Below, one piece after another: positions 1 to 11,677 of a stretch of DNA of 64,000 nt. A model generated the notes under the pieces. The model worked only from the letters and a program-made list of their open reading frames with translations. It did not search any database and was not told the DNA's origin. Position 1 is the stretch's first letter, and each line of letters starts with the position of its first letter. A program made the translations under genes and the position numbers. Source of the DNA: Scyliorhinus canicula (taxonomy: Eukaryota); assembly GCF_902713615.1 (NCBI RefSeq), contig NC_052169.1, positions 4,924,285-4,988,284 of the forward strand. Direction: 5' to 3'.

Positions 1-639
1 TTGCACATTCTCCCCGTGTCTGCGTGGGTTTCGCTCCCACAACCCAAAGATGTGCAGGGTAGGTGAATTGGCCATGCCAAATTGCACTTTCATTGGGGGA
101 AAAAAAGAATCATAGAATCAGACAGTGCAGAAAGAGGCCATTTGGCACATCGAGTCTGCCCCGACCCAAAAGAGCACCCTACCTAGACCCACGCCTCCAC
201 CCTATCCCCATAAACCCACCTAACCTTCGGGCATCAAGAGGCAATTTAGCTCGGCCATTCCACCCAACCTGTGGGAGGAAACCGGAGCAGTTGGAGGGCG
301 GACACGGAGAGAACGTGCAGACTCCGCACAGACAGTGACCCAAGGCTGGGAATTGAACCTGGGACCCTGGTGCTGTGAAGCAACTGTGCTAACCAGTGTG
401 TAACCATGCCGCCCACAATGCCAGCCTACGTTTGGCTCCCCTGCCCATCTATCTGTGCGTTGGAGCCTCCAGGATTTAAAGCCAGCGGCAGCGATGTAGG
501 AAGATGGCCAAGTGAAGATGGCGGTGAGGGCGAGTTGGCAGAAATGGCTGTTCGATGGTGGGAGTTGGCAACAAGCCCCCCTCTGCTCCCCCAGGTGGTG
601 GCAGACATCCCTGTTTATCTGTGCCTCTCTCTCAGGATG

Positions 640-1075
640 AGTTAGGATGCCCCCCCCCCCCCCCCACCAAGCCTGGGCGGTAGGCCCAGGCCTCCCGGTT
701 GCCATGGTGCCCCAGGTTCTGCCTTCACCTGTAGGCCGCTGCGCTTGTTCCAGCCGAAGATGCTGCCCGGGTATCCGCTCAGCGCCAGCAGCAGCTCGTG
801 GATCATCTCCGCGGCCCCAGTTGGCGGCGGCAGCCGCCGGTCCCCCCTCCACAAACGGAACAACAACAGCACCCGGCGGCCCCCATTTACCGCCCAGACA
901 GCCGATCGACGCTCGCCGCCATGTTTGAGACTGGCAGCCAACGGATCGGATCGGCAGCGCGGGCGGGCCGCCGCCATATTTTCTCCTGGCGGAGGGCGCC
1001 GCCATCTTTGGCGCTGGCACAAACTCGCTCCCCGATCTGAGGCCGCCGCCATCTTTCTTGCTGGCCCAATGCACA
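640..1075. promoter_or_regulatory. CpG-island promoter/5' UTR of TUBGCP4 with four YY1-type motifs (CGCCATnTT)
   Basis: Very GC- and CpG-rich. GCCGCCATGTT ~915-925, CCGCCATATT 971-980, CGCCATCTT ~1000-1008 and GCCGCCATCTT ~1045-1055. Confidence 0.75.
729..806 (-). CDS. TUBGCP4: Gamma-tubulin complex component 4, first coding exon (26 aa, MIHELLLALSGYPGSIFGWNKRSGLQ); the gene continues beyond the left edge of the window
   Basis: The peptide matches the recalled GCP4 N-terminus (MIHELLLALSGYPGSIFTWNKRSGLQ). ATG at 806, phase-0 donor CAG|GTGAAG at 729/728, inside a CpG island. Confidence 0.95.
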
Positions 1076-1548
1076 TCCCAATGGACTGCCCCAGTATACA
1101 TTTCTATCTAGACACACGTTTGGCTGCATTGACACTGTCTTAGCCACACTTTTAAAAAAAATATTCGTTCATGGGATGTGACACTGGCAAGGTCAGCACT
1201 TATTACCCATTCCTAATTGTCCTTTGCATTCTTAAACCCCTGTAGACTATGTGGCATAGATCCACCCAGTGCCAGTAGGGGCTTCTTCCAGGATTTTGAC
1301 CCAGCGACAGTGAAGCAATGTTCATATAGTTCCAAGTCAGGGTAGTGTGCAGCTTGAAGGAGAACTTGCAGGTGGTGGTGTACCGGGTGCACCTCATGCC
1401 TTCTTCCTCGGCGATGGGAGGGCCCCGTCAAATGCAGGGTGACCAGCTGGAAGGCAACAATTAAGGGACACTTTTGACTGGGAGATGGTTGTGTCTGGCG
1501 GGGAGGTGTTGGGGGTATTGCCGACTTTTAACATCGAGACAATAATTC

Positions 1549-2958
1549 AGAGGAGCAGAATTAGGCCCATTGAGACTGCTCCGCCGTTCAATCATGGCTG
1601 ATATTTTTCTCATTCCCATTCTCCTGCCTTCTCCCCATAACCCCTGATCCCCTTATTAATCAAGAACCTATCTATCTCTGTCTTAAAGACACTCAGTGAT
1701 TTGGCCTTCACAAACTACTGCGGCAAAGAGTTCCACAGATTCACCACCCTCTGGCTGAAACATTTCCTCCTCATCTCTGTTTTAAATCATTGTCCCTTTA
1801 GTCTGAGGTTGTGTCCTCTGGTTCTAGTTTTTCCTACAAGTGGAAACATCTTCTCCACGTCCACTCTATCCAGGCCTCGCAGTGTCCTGTAAGTTTCAAT
1901 GCGATGCCCCCTCATCCTTCTAAACTCCAACGAGTACAGGCCCAGAGTCCTCAACCGTTCCTCATACGACAAGCTCTTCATTCCAGGGATCATTCTTGTG
2001 AACCTCCTCTGGACCCTTTCCAAGGCCCAGCACATCCTTCCTTAGATACGGGGCCCAAAACTGCTCACAATACTCCAAATGGGGTCTGACCAGAGCCTAA
2101 TACAGCCTCAGAATTATATCCCTGGTCCCTTTTGACATGAATGCGAACATTGCATTTGCCTTCCTAACTGCCGACTGAACTTGCACGTTAACCTTAAGAG
2201 AATCGCGAACAAGGACTCCCAAGTCCCTTTGTGCCTCTGATTTCCTAAGCATTTCCCCATTTAGAAAATAGTCTATGCGTCCATTCCTCCTTCCAAAATG
2301 CATAACCTCACACTTTTCCACATTGTACCACTTCTTTGCCCACTCTCCTAGCCTGTCCAAGTCTTTCTGCAGCCCGCCTGCTTCGTCAATACTATCTGTC
2401 CCTCTACAGATCTTTGTATCATCTGCAAACTTAGCAACAGTACCTTCAGTTCCTTCTTCCAGATCATTAATGTGTATTGTGAAAAGTTGTGGTCCCAGCA
2501 CACTCCCCTGAGGCACACCACTAGTCGCTGGCTGCACCCTGAAAAAGACCCCTTTATCCACACTCTCTGCCTTCTACCAGTCAGCCAATCCTCTATCTAT
2601 GCCAGGATCCTACCCTAAACACCGTGGGCTCTTAACTTATTTCACAGCCTCCTCTGCGGTACCTTGTCAAAGGCCTTCTGGAAATCTCCTTCGTCTAACT
2701 TCCTTGTTACCTCCAAAAAGAACTCTAACAGATTGTCAGACATGACCTCTCCTTGACAAATCCTTGCTGACTCAGTCCTATTTTATCATGCACTTCCAAG
2801 TACTCCGTGATATAATCTTTAATAACCGACTCTAAAATCTTACCAATGACCGAAGTCAGGCTAACCGGCCTATAATTTCCCATCTTCTGCCTCCCTTCCT
2901 TCTTAAACAGTGGTGTTACATTAGCCACTTTCCACTCTGGGACCCTTCCTGCCTCCAG
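1549..2958 (-). mobile_element. CR1 LINE 3' fragment (degenerate RT + 3' tail)
   Basis: GNYRPVSLTS, SGVPQGSVLGP, FADDTK and [12 protein letters not shown] motifs; CR1 3' hairpin tail at ~1550. Confidence 0.92.
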
Positions 2959-2964
2959 AAGAAA

Positions 2965-4200
2965 TAAGGCAGGATCTGGCCAAGGTAGACTGGGAAGGGG
3001 CGCAGTGGTTAGCACTGGGACTGCGGCGCTGAGGATCCGGGTTCGAATCCCGGCCCTGGGTCACTGTCCGTGTGTAGTTTGCACATTATACCTGTGTCTG
3101 CGTGGGTTTCACCCCCACAACCCAAAGATGTGCTGGTTAGGTGGATTGGCCATTCTAAATTGCCCCTTAATTGGAAAAGAAAAAATAATTGGCTACTCTA
3201 AATTTATATTAAAAAAAGGTAGACTGGGAAAAGTCACTTGTGGGCAAACCTGTAGAAGAGCAGTGGGGGGGCGTTCAAAAAGGAAATGGGGAGGCTACAG
3301 GCCCAACATGTTGCCTCTCGGGTAATAAGGGAAGGAGTAACAAACCCAGAGAACCATGGATAACCAGAAATATTCAGGATACGATGAGAAGGAAAAGAGA
3401 GGCTTTTAGCAAGTTCAAGGAGAGCAAATCATCTGAGGCATTAGTGGAGCACAAAGTGCCGGATGGAGCTTAAGAAAGGGGTTAAACAAATACTTCACAT
3501 TGGCCTTCACCGAAGAGAAGGAGGATGCAGGTAGGGACTTAGGGAAAGAGACTGTGAGGTTCTTGAGAACATTGACTGAGAGAGTGACAAGGTATTGGAG
3601 GTGTTGGCAGGCTTATAAGTGGACACATGGATGAATTGTGTCCCAGGGAGGTGGGAAATGAAGACATAGATTACAAAAGCAGGGAGGTCACCTTGGAGTT
3701 GTATAGAACTTTGGCGAGGCCACAGCTGGAGTACTGTGTGCAGTTGTGGTCACCACATTATAGGAAGGATGTGATTGCACTGGAAGGGGTGCAGAGGCGA
3801 TTCACCAGGATGTTGCCTGTGATGGAGCATTTAAGTTATGAAGAGAGGTAATAGGCTTGGGTTGTTTTCGCTGGAGCAGAGAAGACTGAGGGGCGACCTG
3901 ATCGAGGGGGACAAGTTTATGAGGGGCATGGACAGGGTGGATAGGGAACAGCTGTTCCCCTTAGTTGAAGGGTCGGTTACGAAGGGACACAAGTTCAAGG
4001 GGAGGGGCAGGAGGTTTAGACGGGGATGTGAGGATAAATGATTTTAATCAGAGGGGGGTGAGGGTCTAGAACGCGCTGCCTGGGAGGGTGGTAGAGGCGG
4101 GCTGCCTCACATCCTTTAAAAAGTACCCGGATGAGCAATTGGCAACGTCTTAACATTCAAGGCTATGGGCCAAGTGCTGGCAAATGGGATTAGGTAGGTA
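2965..4200 (+). mobile_element. Second, decayed CR1 LINE fragment (interrupted by a SINE)
   Basis: [24 protein letters not shown] and RRLRGDLIE motifs. Confidence 0.88.
2997..3215 (+). mobile_element. Short HE1-type tRNA SINE without a LINE tail, 15-bp TSD (relatives at 10595-10803, 25470-25694, 27634-27861, 41560-41786, 42010-42246, 62490-62618)
   Basis: A/B boxes (GTGGTTAG, GGTTCGAATCC); TSD AAGGTAGACTGGGAA at 2982-2996 and 3216-3230. Confidence 0.9.
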
Positions 4201-4509
4201 CACGCCAGGTGTCTTTCATGTGTCGATGGGCCAAAGGGCCTGATGTGCACCGTACCTTTCAGTGATGCTGTGATGGACTGCAGCGGTTCAAGAAGTCAGC
4301 TCCCCTCCACCTTCTCGAGGGATGGGCAACAAAGGCTGGCCTCGCCAGCGATGCCCACAAGCCCGTGAAAGAGTAGAAGCAATGTAAGTGGGCGTGTGAA
4401 TTGAATGGTACTGCTTGCGACTTGACAATACATTTTCTAACAACAAACGTGTTCTTTTTTTTATTTCTTTATGTTAAGAGGACAGAAAATATGATATTGA
4501 ATATTCTAT

Positions 4510-6312
4510 TTATCTACTATTATTTTGGTGCTCGGGTTTTGGTTTAGAGTTGGATTTTTCTGGCTTCTGTATGAACTTGCACTGGAGCTTGCTTCTGCAG
4601 CATGCGGAACTTTCCAGAGCTTCAGAGGGCTTCGCCACCTCATTCCATATTCCTGTTTTTGTTTCTAGTAGGTAGGCATTTTTGTTGACGGAATATTCCT
4701 TCACGTTGCCATCGTCTGTGGCAGATGTTCCCCCGCAGACGAATACCATATCTCTGATTAGGCACATGGCGTGGCACACCTCCAGTTTGGTGGCATTGGG
4801 GAGCAAGGGGACCCGCTTGGCTGTTTTGTTCGCCTTGAAGTTCAGCAAGCCGACCTCGATGGTGTGCTTGTGACTTTGCACGCTGAGGGTCGTGTCCCCT
4901 TGGAAGGAAACGACTGGCCTGTGTTTGAACTCAATGGGGAAGGTCAGGCTTTGCTTCACCTCTCCTGTTATGGTGTCGAAACAGTCCACCACCCCCACCC
5001 TGGAGATCCGGTCATTAATCATGCACCTCCCCGTCGCCACGTAGATGTATCTGTCCCCTTTGGTCACGACCTCGGCACAGTCCATGGGAACACTCATCCT
5101 CCCCACCGAAGTCCATTTCTCCTTCTTCTCGTCGTACCGGTAAATAGTGGAGATGTACTTCCTGGGTGCCACGCTGCCTCCCACCGTGTACACTATCCCG
5201 TTGCACGCTATCATTGAATGGAAGACCAGCCCCAGTGGGAGGTCGGACAGCTTGCTCCAGGTGTTTTTGTCCAGGTCGTACCTCCACGCTGCCTTCAGGC
5301 TGGCATTTTGCTCGTTGGTGCCCCCGGCCACGTACAGGTACTTCCTTGTGCAGATGGCGCCCAGCGCTGCCGCTCGATATGGCATATGAGTGACTTTAAT
5401 CCACTTGTTCTCGTCAATGACATAGGCATAAATTGAGTTGCGGAAGGTGCCATCCGAGCTTTGGCCCCCGAGCACGAGAACCACATCGAGGAGAGCTCCT
5501 TTCCGTTGAAAGTACGCCAGACTGGTTAGATTTTCCTGTTTGCGATGGCTCAGGACGTCCACTATGGCGCACACGCAGGTGGTATTGTTCTTAATGAGCG
5601 ACTCTGTGCTGCTGATCTCTGACAGGATCTCATCAGCTATTCCATTCAAATAAATGTAAGAGAACAGTTTGGGAAAGTAGGACTTCCTGTCTTCTAAATT
5701 ATGGTTCGTCCATCTCAGTATGGTCTGGAGCACCTGATCTTCATTGGCCGAGTGAAGGTCTTCATCTTTGACTAGCTTCAGTAGGACGTGGTATGGGCAA
5801 TCCACAAACTCCTTTGTTTCACTCAGAAGGAAGAACTGGTCCTTGACGTAAGAATACACTGTGGCCGCCAGGTCCGATAGGTCGTAGGTCTCCGCCAGCA
5901 TGAGGGTGTACATATAATTTTGTTTGTCGAGGACAAGCTCCAGATACTCTACGCAATGGGACTTGAGTCGCTTTATCATGAAGTACTTGGCTCCCTTCAA
6001 CAGATCCTCCACATTTTTGTCAGCTATTATAATCTTACCGGTGTAGAAGTACTCCAACAGCTGCTCCACCGACACCGGGCTCATGTAATCAATGTCTATG
6101 GTGACAGACAATTCATCCGAGGGTTGGATGTTGCAGCTGTGGATCAGGTCCTTGACGTAGGGACTGACAGCTGTCAGGATGTTCTGATGGGCGGAGAATG
6201 AATGGGTGCCCACATTGATCACCACGTCACAGCATTCCTTCTTCTGTCTCTGGGAGTTTAGGGATTGTAATATGTAGGTGCTGTGTTTATGGTCGTCAAA
6301 CTCCAGCTTCAT
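4510..6312 (-). CDS. CCIN: Calicin (BTB-BACK-Kelch sperm perinuclear-theca protein), intronless, 600 aa
   Basis: Intact ORF, collinear with recalled mammalian calicin: MKLEF start, QRKGALLD.V..LGGQ, MPYRAAAL, AWRYD.D.N.W.KL.DLP.GLVFH.M, VGGS.APR.Y, ISRVGVVDCFDT.TG, TFPIEF.HRP, EAL...ACC..KL.CK. AATAAA about 45 nt after the stop (~4459-4464). Confidence 0.93.
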   Translation of the reverse strand: MKLEFDDHKHSTYILQSLNSQRQKKECCDVVINVGTHSFSAHQNILTAVSPYVKDLIHSCNIQPSDELSVTIDIDYMSPVSVEQLLEYFYTGKIIIADKNVEDLLKGAKYFMIKRLKSHCVEYLELVLDKQNYMYTLMLAETYDLSDLAATVYSYVKDQFFLLSETKEFVDCPYHVLLKLVKDEDLHSANEDQVLQTILRWTNHNLEDRKSYFPKLFSYIYLNGIADEILSEISSTESLIKNNTTCVCAIVDVLSHRKQENLTSLAYFQRKGALLDVVLVLGGQSSDGTFRNSIYAYVIDENKWIKVTHMPYRAAALGAICTRKYLYVAGGTNEQNASLKAAWRYDLDKNTWSKLSDLPLGLVFHSMIACNGIVYTVGGSVAPRKYISTIYRYDEKKEKWTSVGRMSVPMDCAEVVTKGDRYIYVATGRCMINDRISRVGVVDCFDTITGEVKQSLTFPIEFKHRPVVSFQGDTTLSVQSHKHTIEVGLLNFKANKTAKRVPLLPNATKLEVCHAMCLIRDMVFVCGGTSATDDGNVKEYSVNKNAYLLETKTGIWNEVAKPSEALESSACCRSKLQCKFIQKPEKSNSKPKPEHQNNSR

Positions 6313-6379
6313 TCTGGGAGAGGCAATAACAGCTCTGCAGCTTCTTCAGAGAAGAGCCTCTAAAAGGGGCTTTGTTGTA

Positions 6380-6420
6380 ACCAGGAAGTGACTCAACAAG
6401 AGGAGTTCTGACCTCACAAT
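6380..6420 (-). promoter_or_regulatory. Putative proximal promoter of CCIN: variant CRE (TGACCTCACAAT, 6409-6420) plus adjacent TGAGTCA/CACTTCC
   Basis: Motifs lie 70-110 nt upstream of the ATG. Variant TGACnTCA sites are typical of CREM-tau-driven spermatid promoters. Confidence 0.45.
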
Positions 6421-8645
6421 ACATGTGTGACTCTTACAGTCCTCGTGTATCGAACCTTTGTGATAGACACAGCGGACCATTGAGTAAATTCATAATCTGA
6501 GTCTGGGTTGCCATCTCTGCTGTTGCATTCCCACTGGAAGAGGGAAGCGGCGGAATTCCTCTCTTCCCGAATGACGATTCCATTTCCCTACAGTAAAGTT
6601 CATTTCGATGGGTTCCCAGCTTGGCACAACTTGACAAAGAGTCATCCACACTCGAAACGTCAGCTCCGCTCTCTCTCCACAGATGCTTGTCAGACCTGCT
6701 GAAATTGTCCAGCATTTTCTGTTTGCGTTTCAGATTCACTAAACGTGTATCGAATGGAGTCTTAGGACCAAGATTTTGGTTTAATATGCCCGAGTGGTTA
6801 GGATCTGGATCGCACTCCCTGAGACTGTGGTGGAGGCAGGTTCAATCGAGGCCTTCAAAAGGGAAATGGACGGTTATTTGAAAAGAACCAATCTGCAGGG
6901 TTACGGGGAGAAGGCAGGGGAATGGAACTCGGTGAAATGCTCATTCGGAGAGCTGGTGCAGACATGATGGGCTGAATGGCCTCCTTTGCTGTCACAATTC
7001 TATAATTCTGTGTCTCAGCACCTTGTTGTTTGGCTGCAGCACATCAACGCTTACAGCAATCAAGATAGGCAGCTCAACCATTGTTACCTCCACTGTTTGC
7101 AATGCTTTCTGGGAACCTCATGGAAGAGCAAAGTCACGAACGTGGCAGTCCACTCAAAGGCAGATCTCCCAAGTCGGTGGGCAGAGATATCATCAAGCCA
7201 GAGGCGATCTCATTGATTTGGACACATTCACAGGATGTTGCGACCTGAAGGATTTTCTGCATGGAGGGGAGCCAGAACCAGGTGACACCCAAAGTTCTCC
7301 TTCAAGTATACTTGGAAGTGTGCCTTGGAACATCAATTCCCCAACCCAGGATACACAAGCTGGCAACAGAGGAAAATGATGAAATCACCTGTGGGTGGCC
7401 GGGTGCCACCAAGATGCCCAGTGGTTTCAGCAGTTTGGCAAGGGTGGCACCAACACTGGAAACAACAACCCATAACGAGATCTGACAACTATCTGTCTCT
7501 CTCCCTCTCTCTCATGGATCGATCTCTTGAGCCAACAGCAAAAGTGCACCGCTTGACGATACCTCATCTTCAGCGCATCTACCATCTCACACAGATGGAA
7601 GGATGCCAGCAATGTTCTTTCACTCTAAGGAACTCAAGGGGGATAAGGAATTGGACGTTGCTGCAAGGTTCTAACCCTGCAGCTTAAAGAGCTGGATCAC
7701 CTTCTTCGGGGCAAAGAAAAAGTCCCACTACCTCTGCTGAAGAATGGAAAAGAAATATAGTTGGAATCGTTCATTAGTGGCCCACTGTGACCTTTTTGAA
7801 TTTTTAAGAACTTGTTTAATGGGATGTGGGCATCACTGGCAAGGCCAGCAGTTGTTACCCTTTCTTAATTGCCCTTTAAGTGAATGGCTTCACTTTCAGA
7901 GGGCAGTTAGGCTAATCACATTGAACAAAGAACAAAGGAAAGTACAGCTCAGGAACAGGCCCTTCAGACCTCCAAGCCTGTGCCAATCAAGATACCCTAA
8001 CTAAAACAAAGCCTTCTGCCCTTACTCAGTCCTCTATTTCCTCCCTATTCATGTATCCATCCAGATGCCTCTTAAATGTTGCTAATGTGCCTGCTTCCAC
8101 CACATCCTCTGGCAACGCGTTCCAGGCACCCTCCACTCTCTATGTGAAAATACTTACCCCGCACATCTCCCTTAAACTTTCCCCCTCTTACCGTGAACCT
8201 GTGCCTCCTTGTTATTGACACTTACACCCTTGGAACTATCCACCCTGTCCATGCCTCCCATAATTGTGTAGACCTCTATCAGGTCTCCCCTCAGCCTCCG
8301 TCTTTCCAGTGAAAACAATCCGAGTTTCTTCAACCTCTCCTCATAGCCGTTGATGACCAGGCAACATCCTGGTGAACCTTCTTTGCAGTCTCTCCAAACG
8401 TTCCATCTCCTTCTGATAATGTGGGTCTGGAGTCACATATCAGCCAGACCAGGTAAGGACGGCAGATTTCCTTCCCTAAAGGACTTTAGTAGATTTTATG
8501 ACAATCGATAATGGTTGCCATGGTCACTATTACTGACAGCTAGCTTTATATTCCAGATTTTACTAATTGACTTTAAATTCCACCAGCTGCCGTAGTGGGA
8601 TTTGAACCCGTGTTCCGAGAGCATTGGCCTGGGCCTCTGAATATT

Positions 8646-8953
8646 GGCGGCACGGGAGCACAGTGGTTAGCACTTTTGCTTCACAGCGTCAGGGTCCCAG
8701 GTTCAATTTCCAGCTTGGGTCACTGTCTGTGCGGAGACTGCACGTTCTCCCCGTGTCTGCGTGGGTTTCCTCTGGGTGCTCCGGTTTCCTCCCACAAGTC
8801 CTGAAAGACGTGCTGTTAGGCAATTTGGACATCCTGAATTCTCCCTCTGTGTACCCGAACAGGCGCCGGAGTGTGGCGACTAGGGGATTTTCACAGTAAC
8901 CTCATTGCAGTGTTAATGTAAGCCTACTTGTGACAATAAAGACTATTATTATT
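8646..8953 (+). mobile_element. HE1-type SINE with a third tail (CAGGCGCCGGA.TGTGGCGACTAGGGG...(ATT)n); relatives at 17620-17890, 21595-21860, 27862-28150, 31725-32030, 56036-56318
   Basis: Same head and core, unrelated 3' part. Confidence 0.88.
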
Positions 8954-9861
8954 ACCAATCCAGCGACAATACAACTACGTCACCACCTCCCCTATGCGCC
9001 CAAGCTAACGAAGTTGCCTACTCCAAGATACATCACCGAGCAACAGTGGACGTTTGACGTGTGACAGGAACATGACAATCAGCACTGATGGGGTAGCCTT
9101 GGCTGAATATAAGATCTATGTAATCACCCCCATCAACCCAGTGCCTGAAGTGTACAGTGTCTGTGCCTGTTCAGCCAACCAGGAATTGGATGGGAAAATC
9201 CCGTGGAGGTAGCAACTGTCAAAGATTGAGTTATTCTCCAGAAGTTAGAGGAATGCGAGCACATCTCCCCCTGCGTGCGTGGGTTTCCTCCGGGTGCTCC
9301 GGTTTCCTCCCACAGTCCAAAGATGTGCGGGTTAGGTGGATCGGCCGTGATAAATTGCCCTTAGTGTCCAAAATTGCCCTTAGTGTTGGGTGGGGTTACT
9401 GGGTTATGGGGATAGGGTGGAGGTGTTGCCCTTGGGTAGGGTGCTCTTTCCAAGAGCCGGTGCAGACTCGATGGGCCGAATGGCCTCCTTCTGCACTGTA
9501 AAATCTATGATAATCTCAATGAAAAAAAACATTTGTAATCCTTTGAGGTCTCGACAGGCTAATTCTCTGAGAGAATTAAAAACACACCCAGGAAATACTG
9601 GAAATGCGGAGCAGGTCTGGCAGTGTCCGTGGAGAGAGAAACAGAGTTAATGTTTCAGGTCGATGATCTTTCATCCGACCTGGGAGATGTTAGAAATGGA
9701 ACAGGTTTTGAGCAAGTGAAGGGGAGGGGGAGGGGGGATGATAAGATGAACAAGACCTGTGTAAGAGTGAAGAGCCAAAGAGATTCAATAAAAAAATAAA
9801 GGCTTCACAGCACAAAAGCCAAAGGGAGTGAGAATGGGACAGGGAAAGAAACAACGGACGT

Positions 9862-10985
9862 TCATAAGATATATAGGAGCAGAATTAGGCCATTTGGCCC
9901 ATCGAGTCTGCTCCGCCATTCGATCATGGCCGATCTCATCCTGGCCTTAACTCCACCATCCTGCCCGTTCTCCATAACCCTTTAACCCATTACCAATTAA
10001 AAATCTGTCCAACTCCTCCTTAAATTTACTCACTGTCCCAGCATCCACCGCACTCTGGGGTAGCGAATTCCACAGATTCATAACCCTTTGGGAGAAGTAG
10101 TTGTCTTGTTATGCTCTTGGCGTAGCATAAGCTGCTTCCTTGATGTTCACTCTGACAAAGGAAGGTTCAGACGTGGAGATAACTTCAACACGTTTATTAA
10201 ACTATTTACAATTCTCCTACTCGGATTCGCCTCGACTGTTAATCCTTCTATAGCTACTCAGACTGATGAACCAGTCTGCTACAATCCACGTGATGGGTGT
10301 GATGTTGAATCAACCCTGTGTCTGTACTCACTGAGTGTCTCCACTGGAAAGAGGAAGATCATGTGTGCTGTGTCCTTTATATATGGGTTGGTGTAATGCC
10401 CCCTGTGGTAGTGTCACCTCAGTGTGTATCGTGAATGCCCATTGGTCGTGTCCTATCTTACTGACCTATTGGTTGAGTGTCTGTGTGTCATGTCTCTGGT
10501 GCTCCCTCTAGTGTCTAGCTAGTCTACATGTACTTACATTAACCCCTTGTGTGTCTACAGTGATGCATATCACCACAGTAGTTTCTCCTCTTGGCAGCAA
10601 GGTGGCGCAGTGGTTAGCACTACCGCCTCACGTCGCCGTGGTCCCAGGTTCGATCCCCACTCTGGGTCAGTGTCCTTGTGGAGTTTGCACATTCTCCCCG
10701 TGTTTGCGTGGGTTGCACGCAGGGTAGGTGGATTGGCCACGCTAAATTGCCCCTTAATTTGAAAAAATGAATTGGGCACTCTAAATTTATTAAAAAATTA
10801 AAAGTAATTTCTCTTCAACTGTTTTGAATTTGCTGCCCCTTATCCTGGGACTATGACCTCTCAATCTAGAATGCCCCACTAGAGGAACCATCCGCTCCAC
10901 GTCTTCTATCCATACCTTTCATCATCTTGTGTACCTCAATTGGATCTCCCCTCGTTCTTCTAAACTCCAGAGAGTATAGGCCTCA
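9862..10985 (-). mobile_element. CR1 3' fragment hosting the solo LTR and a SINE
   Basis: CR1 tail at ~9865-9930 and 3' RT sequence resuming after 10805. Confidence 0.8.
10102..10577 (-). mobile_element. Solo LTR (476 bp) inserted in a CR1 3' fragment
   Basis: TG...CA termini, 5-bp TSD GTAGT (10097-10101 and 10578-10582), TATA (~10376) and AATAAA (~10193) on the minus strand. Confidence 0.85.
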
Positions 10986-11587
10986 ACTGATGTGAGAGGT
11001 TGTTTCCCCACTGCCTGGAGAGTCTGGAGCCAGCCTCGGAGTCACAGTCTCGGGATAAAGACTGAGAGGAGAAGTTTCTTCAGTCAGAAGGTTGTGAACC
11101 TTTGCCATTTTCTACCCCAGAGAGCTTTGAGTGTTCAGCTAGTAAGTATATTCAAAACTGAGGTTGATAAATTTGTGGATATTGAGGGAACCCAGCGATA
11201 TGGCGAGTGTGGATGGATGGGGGTGGGTGGTGGGGGAAGGTGAGTTTGAAGATCACTCAAGATCGTATTCAATGGCGGAGGAGACTCGGGGGAAGCAAAT
11301 GGCGACTCCTGCTCCTCCTCCTTATATTTCTACCAGTCAGCGTTCTATCCCGGTGAGTAAATGGAGCTGAGATTCAGATCAGGCGTGATCTGATTGAATG
11401 GTGGAACAGGCTTGAGGGGCCGAATGACCTCCTCTAATGCTTCTGCCCCAGCCCCCCTGTCAACCTCAAATGTAAACCAGGGGTGCTCCAGAGGAAATTC
11501 TTAACTCCGCAGTGTTACACCTCAACTGCATCCTGATTGTTTTTACACACTGGGCTCATTTACCTTGGTGATCTCCCGCTAGAAATG

Positions 11588-11677
11588 CACAGTAGGAGGT
11601 CTTTCAACACCAGGTTAAAGCCCAACAGGTTTGTTTCAAACACGAGCTTTCGGAGCACTGCTCCTTCCTCAGGTGAA
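11588..11677 (-). mobile_element. Isolated Penelope pseudo-LTR end with a hammerhead motif (11641-11677)
   Basis: Near-identical to 14160-14250; CTGAGGA-AGGAGC AGT GCTCC-GAAAGCTCGTG. Confidence 0.7.

Noticed and set aside
220-1101. 293-aa minus-strand ORF and other ORFs over the CpG island
   Set aside because: GC-rich shadow frames running into a SINE. The real coding frame is the 26-aa TUBGCP4 exon.
6986-7800. Overlapping 70-120 aa ORFs upstream of CCIN
   Set aside because: No recognisable homology, consistent frame or splice pattern; cannot be supported as coding.
8624-8899. Recurrent ORFs such as SLHVLPVSAWVSSGCSGFLPQ and GHCLCGVCTFSPCLRGFPPGAP
   Set aside because: Translations of the SINE consensus, not a gene family.
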